IMG/VR virus record: IMGVR_UViG_3300032373_000094
Location: 1 to 27,034 of that record
Reading direction: 5' to 3' (one strand)
Source of the DNA: a virus
Lineage: Duplodnaviria > Caudoviricetes
DNA length: 27,034 bases
The position numbers were made by a program, and so were the translations under genes. Under the pieces are notes generated by a model. That model had not been told where the DNA came from. It ran no database searches and saw nothing but the letters and a program-made list of their open reading frames with translations. This document shows positions 8,326-15,024 of the stretch, one piece after another (within the stretch, counting starts at the first letter, position 1; every line of letters starts with the position of its first letter).

Positions 8326-8666
8326 TCGCTTGCCTCCACTTCTGCCAAGCGGTCTACCTCTGCATTCGCCATGTCGTTAAGGGCAATGAGCAGATCAACC
8401 AAGGCTTTGGAGTGCGCTTCTCCAAACTCCGGCACATAAAGGGCAAGAGTTGCGGCCCGTTCCGCAACGTCGAAGGCATCACTATCTTGCATGTCGTCAA
8501 TCGCACAAAGCAGCATACGAACATCTGTTGCCACGGCCTCAACAAGAGACTCCGGCGTGATCGGCTCTTGCGCGTCGTAAAAGTCAGCCCAGTCTGCTCC
8601 GTCCATCTCGTTCGGGTCCAAGCCTGCGGCATAGGCTTCGATGTGCATGTCGGCTATTTCGCCCAT
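8322..8666 (-). CDS. Highly acidic hypothetical protein (114 aa)
   Basis: 28 D/E versus 4 K/R by hand count; AAGGA RBS. Confidence 0.7.
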   Translation of the reverse strand: MGEIADMHIEAYAAGLDPNEMDGADWADFYDAQEPITPESLVEAVATDVRMLLCAIDDMQDSDAFDVAERAATLALYVPEFGEAHSKALVDLLIALNDMANAEVDRLAEVEASE

Positions 8667-8678
8667 AATCTATTTCCT

Positions 8679-9018
8679 TTCATTCTGCGGGCCAGATGTG
8701 GAATCAGATACGTGTGTATCCACCTTCAAAAGCATACGCCGGGGAAAATGACTCGTAGCCATCTTCATAAACAACGTAATACCCTCCGACCCTCGGGCGG
8801 TGCTTTTGAACATAATCCCGGTCCAACCTGATAGGCCCGTAACCTTCGTCGTCTGCGGTCATCAGCAGAGATCCGTCGCTTTCTTGGTCCGGTGAACCGG
8901 TGTCGGACAGTCTGGCAATTTTCAGCGCCGAAACCTTCTTGTGGCTTTCGTATCTCGGCATTTCTTTCATTGCGTCGGTCATTGTTTTTCCTTTCATTGC
9001 TTCATTCTGCGGGTCAGA
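8679..9018. repeat. 18-bp direct repeat pair (1 mismatch) flanking one gene
   Basis: TTCATTCTGCGGGCCAGA at 8679-8696 and TTCATTCTGCGGGTCAGA at 9001-9018. Confidence 0.85.
8704..8982 (-). CDS. Conserved phage protein with YxVxYxDGYxSxSP motif
   Basis: MPRYESHKKVSALKI...GGYYVVYEDGYESFSPAYAFEGGYTRI; AAGGA RBS before ATG 8982. Confidence 0.75.
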   Translation of the reverse strand: MTDAMKEMPRYESHKKVSALKIARLSDTGSPDQESDGSLLMTADDEGYGPIRLDRDYVQKHRPRVGGYYVVYEDGYESFSPAYAFEGGYTRI

Positions 9019-9058
9019 CGGGGGGAGAGACCGCCCGACCCGCAAGCGACCGGGGCCG

Positions 9059-9802
9059 CTATTCTGGCGCGCCTATCGAACGCTTCATCATTTGTGATCG
9101 CAGAGCCGCATCGCCCCATGCAGTTGCCGCCGCCTTTGCGACGCCGGGGTAGGTCTTACTGCGGAGCTTGGCGCGGTCTGGACCCGGCGGCATTCGGAAC
9201 ACCTGCTGCCATCTTTTGTATTCATCGCTTCCGCGCGGCGGCGGTGTCAGCTTGTCTGTCGGGGCCAGTTCAGGAAGGCCGATCAGGTAGAAGCCTGTTG
9301 CCTTGAACGCCGGATCACCAAACCACCAGGGCTGAACGATCTGCGGCTCTGGCAAGCCATTTATCCGTTCTCTCGCCCATTTGTGCATCACCGGGTTTTC
9401 CAGCGCGCGCAGAGGTATTGGTGCATGGAGGCAGGCCTCGAACAGATCACATGCGGCCTCAAACTCTTCGATCATGTCTTCCCATGTTCTGCCCTTGGGC
9501 AGTTTCTTTGGATGGGTCTTGTTCGGCCCGTAGAGCCAGCGCTGGCCTGCCCGACAGAGGCGGGTGCAAGGCGGGTGCATGACGCAGAGCAGGTGCCACG
9601 TCGGATCTTGCATCACGTCGCGGATGTCACCCTGAATGTGCCGGTTGGTCGGCGTGTCAGCCGGGTCAATGTCAGATGAAAATGCGTTGAAGCCGCGCGC
9701 CAGGAATGCCTCGCGCATTTCACCGGACGTTTCGCACCCGATCAGGACATTAATGTCCTCTGGGCGGACTGGTGGAGCCTTAAGACCAAAATTTGTGGTC
9801 AT
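9059..9802 (-). CDS. Phage DNA cytosine-C5 methyltransferase-like protein
   Basis: VLIGCETSG (variant motif I), HPPCT (catalytic PC), ENPV (motif VI), QPWWFG, RSKTYPGVA. Confidence 0.75.
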   Translation of the reverse strand: MTTNFGLKAPPVRPEDINVLIGCETSGEMREAFLARGFNAFSSDIDPADTPTNRHIQGDIRDVMQDPTWHLLCVMHPPCTRLCRAGQRWLYGPNKTHPKKLPKGRTWEDMIEEFEAACDLFEACLHAPIPLRALENPVMHKWARERINGLPEPQIVQPWWFGDPAFKATGFYLIGLPELAPTDKLTPPPRGSDEYKRWQQVFRMPPGPDRAKLRSKTYPGVAKAAATAWGDAALRSQMMKRSIGAPE

Positions 9803-10059
9803 CCTGCGCGCCCCTCATGCTCACTACGCGCCATAATCCTGCGTTCCATCCACCCGGCGCGTCCAAGACGATCACCGAGGGCGATAACAGCGCCCGGCTC
9901 GGCGTCTGGACGGCCAAGAACATGCTCCGCGAAAAGATCGCAGCAGGCTTCAAACCCAAGGCCTCGCATTCCCTCCAACGCCATTTCTCGGGCGACATCG
10001 GCTTGGTCGCGCTGAGCCTTGGTGCCTTCAAGATCGGTCATTGTTGGCCACTTGCTCAT
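9799..10059 (-). CDS. Hypothetical protein (about 86 aa)
   Basis: 3' part of listed ORF 9799..10422; ATG 10059 overlaps the upstream stop. Confidence 0.5.
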   Translation of the reverse strand: MSKWPTMTDLEGTKAQRDQADVAREMALEGMRGLGFEACCDLFAEHVLGRPDAEPGAVIALGDRLGRAGWMERRIMARSEHEGRAG

Positions 10060-10139
10060 GCCGTCACCAGAAGAATTGCGAACATGGTAATTGCGATGAA
10101 GATGCAGCCGATCAGGCTTCCCAGATGAACGCGGATCAT
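10056..10139 (-). CDS. 27-aa single-TM peptide
   Basis: MIRVHLGSLIGCIFIAITMFAILLVTA; AAGGA RBS; ATGA overlaps at both ends. Confidence 0.55.
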   Translation of the reverse strand: MIRVHLGSLIGCIFIAITMFAILLVTA

Positions 10140-10507
10140 GTGTTTTCCTTCGCTTCATCGCAGCGCCGGTCATACGGATCTGCGGATGCTTGTTCTGCGG
10201 CTTGGTCCTCGCAGTGATCCAAGTGGGCCTGCGCGCGTTCCAACAGGTCCGTCGCATTGATGATGCTGTCCTCAGAGCCGGGAAAGTCACCTGCGCAGTC
10301 AATGACCGCCATGAGTGTTTCGAGCATTTCGCCGCCTTCCTTTGCGCAGCGAAACGCGCCCGCCATGGCTTCGGCGATTGCAGGTGCGCAGAAGATGGTG
10401 AAGTAATTCTCCGACGCATCACCGATGGTCAGAATGTGGGCCTCCACCCCAGGAAGAGCCGTGGCCCTGGCAAACACGGGGCGGTGCAGGTTTGCGCTCA
10501 TGCTCAT
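10136..10507 (-). CDS. Hypothetical protein
   Basis: GGAGG before ATG 10507, which overlaps the upstream stop. Confidence 0.6.
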   Translation of the reverse strand: MSMSANLHRPVFARATALPGVEAHILTIGDASENYFTIFCAPAIAEAMAGAFRCAKEGGEMLETLMAVIDCAGDFPGSEDSIINATDLLERAQAHLDHCEDQAAEQASADPYDRRCDEAKENT

Positions 10508-10776
10508 GCCGACTTCCTCCCGTTGATGCCGCCGCGCTTGACCCACGCGGAAACGATTGCCGGGGAACCGTGACAGTGAACAGGTGCTTCATTGTAGAAG
10601 AACGCGCACCAATCACCCATAGCATCCCTGTTGTCGCTATCGGCCCGGCCATACGCGCCCATCAGATCATTGCTGACAACGGCTGTGAAAAACGACCCGC
10701 CGGGAATTCCGTTTTCGATATAGCGCCGCGCAGCGTCCCGCATATGCGGCGGAAGCATGTCATAGTTGATGGTCAT
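10504..10776 (-). CDS. Conserved phage hypothetical protein, first gene of the leftward operon
   Basis: GGAGAG RBS; motif PGGSFFTAVVSNDL..A..RAD..N...YNEAP..CHGS. Confidence 0.7.
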   Translation of the reverse strand: MTINYDMLPPHMRDAARRYIENGIPGGSFFTAVVSNDLMGAYGRADSDNRDAMGDWCAFFYNEAPVHCHGSPAIVSAWVKRGGINGRKSA

Positions 10777-10794
10777 GTGCTCTCTCCAATTGCT

Positions 10795-10878
10795 GAAACC
10801 TATAAGCGCACATCCGAAATCGAAACGCAACACAAAAGTTTACTTGCGGGGCGCGGATGTTTGGTGTAACGTCTTTTC
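10795..10878. promoter_or_regulatory. Divergent early promoter region
   Basis: Rightward TTGCGG-N17-TAACGT ending 6 nt before ATG 10879; leftward TTGCGT-N17-GCTTATA; inverted boxes ACATCCG (10810-10816) and CGGATGT (10854-10860). Confidence 0.6.
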
Positions 10879-11091
10879 ATGGGTAATGAAAACGGATCAA
10901 AATTGCTACGGCAGTGGATAGACGGGACGGGCCGCAAGGTTGCATGGGTGGCTAAGGCGATCCCGGCCAACCGGTCCCTTGTGCATCAATGGCTAAACGG
11001 TAATCACACCCCGCGCCAGATTTACCGGCACCGGATTGAAGCGGTGACTGGCGGCGCGGTTCCAGTTGATAGTTGGGATGTGGAGCAATGA
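10879..11091 (+). CDS. Cro-like HTH transcriptional regulator
   Basis: 70 aa; VAWVAKAIPANRSLVHQWLNG..P....IEAVTGGAVPVDSW is a typical Cro/YdaS-like signature. Confidence 0.8.
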   Translation: MGNENGSKLLRQWIDGTGRKVAWVAKAIPANRSLVHQWLNGNHTPRQIYRHRIEAVTGGAVPVDSWDVEQ

Positions 11092-11303
11092 CAGACCGGA
11101 CCTGTGTTTATAGGGATTATGATACTGGTAGCAATTTGCCGCCGGGGAACTTTATCGGCACGGCGGCGGAGCACCTTAAGGCGGTCGAGCGCCTGATAGC
11201 AGAGGCCCGCGCGAAGCATCGTCCGGTTGCCGATTTGCTCAAGCGACAAATGAAACTGAAAGCGCGGTGCGCCGCTTTAGGCGCGCAATTCACAGAAAAA
11301 TAG
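11088..11303 (+). CDS. Hypothetical protein
   Basis: GGAG RBS, ATGA overlap with the Cro-like gene. Confidence 0.6.
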   Translation: MTDRTCVYRDYDTGSNLPPGNFIGTAAEHLKAVERLIAEARAKHRPVADLLKRQMKLKARCAALGAQFTEK

Positions 11304-11331
11304 GCTGGCGGAACTTCAACCCACGCCAGCC
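11303..11331 (+). other. GC-rich hairpin (possible attenuator or processing site)
   Basis: GGCTGGCG-N13-CGCCAGCC in the intergenic gap; no U tract. Confidence 0.45.
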
Positions 11332-11360
11332 CAATCACCGGCCATTGGAGGACCGACAAC

Positions 11361-11552
11361 ATGAACAAGGTAGCAAAAATCAAAGACGATGTGCAAGAGG
11401 CGCGGCTGCCGACACCGGCAGAAATCAAGTTGGCGCTGTATCACGAATTGCGCGCCTCGGATAAACGCGGCGATGACCCGAAAATACCACTCGCTATTTC
11501 GTCAGTTATTGACCGCGCGTTCGCCCGCGCCAACGCAGGGGAGTTTAAGTGA
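11361..11552 (+). CDS. Hypothetical protein
   Basis: GGAGG RBS; 63 aa. Confidence 0.65.
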   Translation: MNKVAKIKDDVQEARLPTPAEIKLALYHELRASDKRGDDPKIPLAISSVIDRAFARANAGEFK

Positions 11553-12043
11553 TGCGCGCAGATATCCCCCTGATTGCACGCGTCTCTGCGCAGCTTGTCG
11601 AAATGCTTGGCGATGATTTCGACGCCGCCACGTTCTTTGACACACTGGACGGCGAGACCGACGCCATGGATATTATCGGGCGGCTGATCCGCGACCGTGA
11701 AGAAGCGAAGGCCCATGCGGCGGCAAGCAAGGCCATGGCCGACGAATACACCGCGCGCGCCCGCCGTCTTGCGGGTCGCCAAAAGGCTGTCGCAACGGTT
11801 CTTGGCACCATCTTGGACGCAATGGGGCAACGCAAGGTGCCACACCCGCTTGGAACGGTCAGCCGCACGTCCGGGCGCATGTCCTGCCGGATCACCGATG
11901 AAACGGCGGTTCCCTCGCAACTGACTATCACCACGACCAAACCCGACGCCACCGCGATCAAAGCGCAGCTTGAGGCTGGCGAGTCCGTTCCCGGTGCAGA
12001 ACTGGTGCGGGGTGATGACGGAATTACCGTGAGGATCAAATGA
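11552..12043 (+). CDS. Siphovirus Gp157-family protein
   Basis: DTLDGE, coiled coil, and C-terminal PDATAIKAQLEAGESVPGAEL signature. Confidence 0.85.
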   Translation: MRADIPLIARVSAQLVEMLGDDFDAATFFDTLDGETDAMDIIGRLIRDREEAKAHAAASKAMADEYTARARRLAGRQKAVATVLGTILDAMGQRKVPHPLGTVSRTSGRMSCRITDETAVPSQLTITTTKPDATAIKAQLEAGESVPGAELVRGDDGITVRIK

Positions 12044-12750
12044 TGGACTTCTCAGCGCTTTCCGCAGAGTTCCCGCGCGATGCCGTCCATTGGCGGGCGC
12101 AGACACTTACCCGCGACGGCAAGAAGGCCCTCGCGCTGGCCTATCTGGACGCCCGCGACGTGATGGATCGTCTGGACGAGGTATGCGGCCCGAACAACTG
12201 GCAATCCGAAATCACCGAGACCGCCAAGGGCCGGGTGATCTGTCGCCTCGGTGTCCGCGTCAATGACGAGTGGGTTTGGAAATCTGATGGTGCGGGTGAT
12301 ACCGCCGTTGAGGGCGAGAAGGGTGGCATATCAGACGCATTGAAACGCGCGGCGGTTCATTGGGGCATAGGTCGCTATCTCTACCGCCTTGATGCCGTAT
12401 GGGCACCTTGCGAGACCTACGAGAAGAACGGCAAGGCGCATTGGAAATCATGGGACGGATCGCCGTGGGATAGCGTTCGAGGCCGCAAAGCCCCGCCCGA
12501 AAAACCAAAGGAACAACCCCGCGACCCTCGCAAGATCGCAGACGCACTTCTAAAAGCCGTGAAGAGCGTCGAGGACAGTAAAGGCCTTGAGAATACCATA
12601 GCTGGCGGGACCAAGTTCGACGCCGCTTGGGAATGGTTGCGCGAGAGCGACCCGCCGAAGGCAGGCGAGGTCAATGCGGCGGTCAATGATGCGCGTGAAC
12701 GCCTTGGCCGTCCGATTATTCACGGCGATCAGCAGGTGGCGGCAGAATGA
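12040..12750 (+). CDS. Rad52/22-family (Sak-like) single-strand annealing protein
   Basis: LAYLDARDVMDRLDEVCGP.NW...KGGISDALKRAAVHWGIGRYLY. Confidence 0.9.
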   Translation: MMDFSALSAEFPRDAVHWRAQTLTRDGKKALALAYLDARDVMDRLDEVCGPNNWQSEITETAKGRVICRLGVRVNDEWVWKSDGAGDTAVEGEKGGISDALKRAAVHWGIGRYLYRLDAVWAPCETYEKNGKAHWKSWDGSPWDSVRGRKAPPEKPKEQPRDPRKIADALLKAVKSVEDSKGLENTIAGGTKFDAAWEWLRESDPPKAGEVNAAVNDARERLGRPIIHGDQQVAAE

Positions 12751-13145
12751 CAGGTCAGACTGTAATCATTCGAGGCCCTGCACACCGCGCTCTGGCGCAC
12801 AAGCTGGTTGACTGCGCGCCGCCTGACGCCGTTGTCAACGTGCGCGAGGCGACCCGGAATAAAGACCAAAACGCCCGTTTCTGGGCAATGCTTAGTGACG
12901 TTTCCCGCGCCAAGCCTGATGGACGCAAGCATACGCCGGAAGTCTGGAAAGCGCTTTTTATGAATGCTCTAGGCTATGAAACCCGATTTGAAATGGGGTT
13001 AAACGGTGAGCCTTTTCCGGTTGGGTTCCGTTCGTCGCGCCTGTCGGTTCGGCAAATGGCTGACCTTATCACATTCATCTCTGAATACGGCGACAGGCAT
13101 GGCGTCAATTGGTCAGAGCCAAATCCATATGAGGGCGCGGCATGA
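12747..13145 (+). CDS. ninB: Recombination protein NinB
   Basis: TRNKDQNARFWAMLSDVS...WK..F...RSSRLSVRQMADLITFI..YG..HGVNW. Confidence 0.85.
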   Translation: MTGQTVIIRGPAHRALAHKLVDCAPPDAVVNVREATRNKDQNARFWAMLSDVSRAKPDGRKHTPEVWKALFMNALGYETRFEMGLNGEPFPVGFRSSRLSVRQMADLITFISEYGDRHGVNWSEPNPYEGAA

Positions 13146-13477
13146 ACCTATCAGGCAAACCCCCTATGGGCCTCAAGGAAGAGCCATGGCCCCGCGACAA
13201 GGCCCGCCTGGCAGCGGTGGCGGCGATGCCCTGCGTGATCTGCCATGAGTGGCGGCTTCCGCAACATAGCCCAACCCAGGTGCATCACTGCATCCACGGT
13301 CGGTATTCCACGGCGCGCGCGCCCGACAGCATGACCCTACCTCTATGTGAAGGTTGTCATCTTGGCCTGATGGACACCAGCAAGATTGCACTCCACGCGG
13401 AGCCGAAACTCTGGCGCGAGAAATACGGCAACGACACCGATTGGTTGTCTTGGGTCGAGGAGCGTTTGAATGGGTAA
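13142..13477 (+). CDS. HNH-type nuclease (Ref / DUF968-like)
   Basis: PCVIC...QVHH...TLPLCEGCH...W..KYG. Confidence 0.7.
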   Translation: MNLSGKPPMGLKEEPWPRDKARLAAVAAMPCVICHEWRLPQHSPTQVHHCIHGRYSTARAPDSMTLPLCEGCHLGLMDTSKIALHAEPKLWREKYGNDTDWLSWVEERLNG

Positions 13478-14012
13478 GCGGTCGTCATTTGAGCGCGTCG
13501 AACGGGATTTCTACCCCACCCCGTTGAAGGCGGTTCTGCCGCTAATGCATCACGTCCGAGTGGGCAGCAGATTCATTGAGCCGTGCGCCGGGAATGGCGC
13601 TTTGGTGGCACATCTGGAGGCTATGAATCTTTGCACATTGGACGCCTTCGACATCGAGCCGAGAGCGGACTATATTAAGAAAGCCGATGCGATGGATACA
13701 TGGCGCTTGAACCAAGCGTCTCTAGAGGGCTGCGACTATATAATCACAAACCCGCCTTGGGACCGCAAGATTTTGCACCCCATGATTGAGCATTTCTCAG
13801 CCATACGTCCGACATGGCTGCTTTTCGATTCGGATTGGGTTCACACAAGGCAGAGCGCCCCATTTCAGCCATACCTGCGCAAGATCGTCAGTGTGGGCCG
13901 CGTGAAGTGGATTCCCGATAGTAAGATGACCGGCAAGGATAATTGTCAGTGGCACCTGTTTGACCAAACTGGCGCGTTTACTGGACAAACGCAATTCTTT
14001 GGCCGAGCATAG
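13470..14012 (+). CDS. DNA amino (N6-A or N4-C) methyltransferase
   Basis: DFYPTP, SAM-binding EPCAGNG, catalytic ITNPPW. Confidence 0.8.
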   Translation: MGKRSSFERVERDFYPTPLKAVLPLMHHVRVGSRFIEPCAGNGALVAHLEAMNLCTLDAFDIEPRADYIKKADAMDTWRLNQASLEGCDYIITNPPWDRKILHPMIEHFSAIRPTWLLFDSDWVHTRQSAPFQPYLRKIVSVGRVKWIPDSKMTGKDNCQWHLFDQTGAFTGQTQFFGRA

Positions 14013-14029
14013 CAAGCGGAAGGAATGGC

Positions 14030-14227
14030 ATGACTCCATATACACAAGCAGATAAGGTTCCTGTCAATTCGCAGGAATGGCGGAACCTCGTCAACATGCG
14101 CCTGGCAGAAGGTTACGGCGTCGAGGATATCGCGCTATGGCTGCAATGCAATGTGTCGCGTGTTCGATCACATGTTCAAACTATCCGCGATAATGGAACC
14201 CTTGCTATGTGGTGGTCGCGCGAATGA
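14030..14227 (+). CDS. Small HTH-like hypothetical protein
   Basis: GYGVEDIALWLQCNVSRVR pattern; GGAAGG RBS. Confidence 0.55.
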   Translation: MTPYTQADKVPVNSQEWRNLVNMRLAEGYGVEDIALWLQCNVSRVRSHVQTIRDNGTLAMWWSRE

Positions 14228-14586
14228 AACTCACCATCAAACTACCATGGCCACCGAAGGAATGCAGCCCAAACGCGCGCGTCCATTGGTCTAAGCGCGC
14301 GAAAGCGGCAAAGGCATACCGCAATGAATGCGCCTACGACGCTATGGCGTGGGGCGCACACAAGCTAAACCTGCCAGACGGGCCTATCGGGTTGGAATTG
14401 GCGTTCTACCCGCCAGATAGACGCAAGCGCGATGATGACAACATCATAGCCAGTTTCAAGGCTGGACGTGATGGGCTGGCCGACGCCCTGCATATTGATG
14501 ACAACCGGTTCGCGGCGACGTATCGGGTAGACAAGCAGACGGGCGGATATGTGGTTGTGACCATCAGTTCGCAGGTGGCGGCATGA
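14224..14586 (+). CDS. rusA: RusA-like Holliday junction resolvase
   Basis: LPWPP..SPN.R.HW, FYPPDRRKRDDDN....K...DGLADAL.IDD. Confidence 0.8.
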   Translation: MKLTIKLPWPPKECSPNARVHWSKRAKAAKAYRNECAYDAMAWGAHKLNLPDGPIGLELAFYPPDRRKRDDDNIIASFKAGRDGLADALHIDDNRFAATYRVDKQTGGYVVVTISSQVAA

Positions 14587-14630
14587 CAAACTCAGTTGCA
14601 AAATCCGGCGCGTGTGTATGCGGTGGCTCC

Positions 14631-14700
14631 TTGATTTACTTGGGAATGTAGGATAGAGGTTAAGTCGGCGGGAGCGCTGTAAACCGCTCAACCGCCTCTA
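14631..14700 (+). promoter_or_regulatory. Putative promoter and leader hairpin before the replication genes
   Basis: TTGATT-N17-TAGAGG; then GGCGG-GAGCG-loop-CGCTC-AA-CCGCC (14667-14696). Confidence 0.45.
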
Positions 14701-14724
14701 GTCTAAAGCATATGGAGGTATGCA

Positions 14725-15024
14725 TTGAACATTGAAAACATCATACATCACGAAAACGAAGGTTGCAACGCATCTGACTTGCAATCTAAGCGGCGATTGC
14801 CTGCGCCCCAGAAAATTCGACGCGGTGAGTCGCGTGAGGGCGGCTTCATAATCATTGAGCGGACAAGCAGGAAGCGCCTTTTGCGGGCGTCCGTATGGCC
14901 TGTCGAGGTTGCATCACTTGCAGAAGCAGTTATTGCGGCGAGGCGGATGCAAGGCAAATATCCAGAGCGTGAATTTTGCATCTTTGAGCAGGTCGGTTCT
15001 TTCACCCCGAGCGCGGATGCATGA
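14725..15024 (+). CDS. Hypothetical protein
   Basis: GGAGG RBS before TTG; ATGA overlap with the initiator. Confidence 0.6.
   Translation: MNIENIIHHENEGCNASDLQSKRRLPAPQKIRRGESREGGFIIIERTSRKRLLRASVWPVEVASLAEAVIAARRMQGKYPEREFCIFEQVGSFTPSADA

Noticed and set aside
9799-10422. 207-aa ORF as one gene
   Set aside because: Its 5' part overlaps better-supported genes (10136-10507, 10056-10139); only the part from ATG 10059 fits the operon.
11441-12106. 221-aa and 164-aa minus-strand ORFs
   Set aside because: Antisense to the well-supported Gp157 gene.
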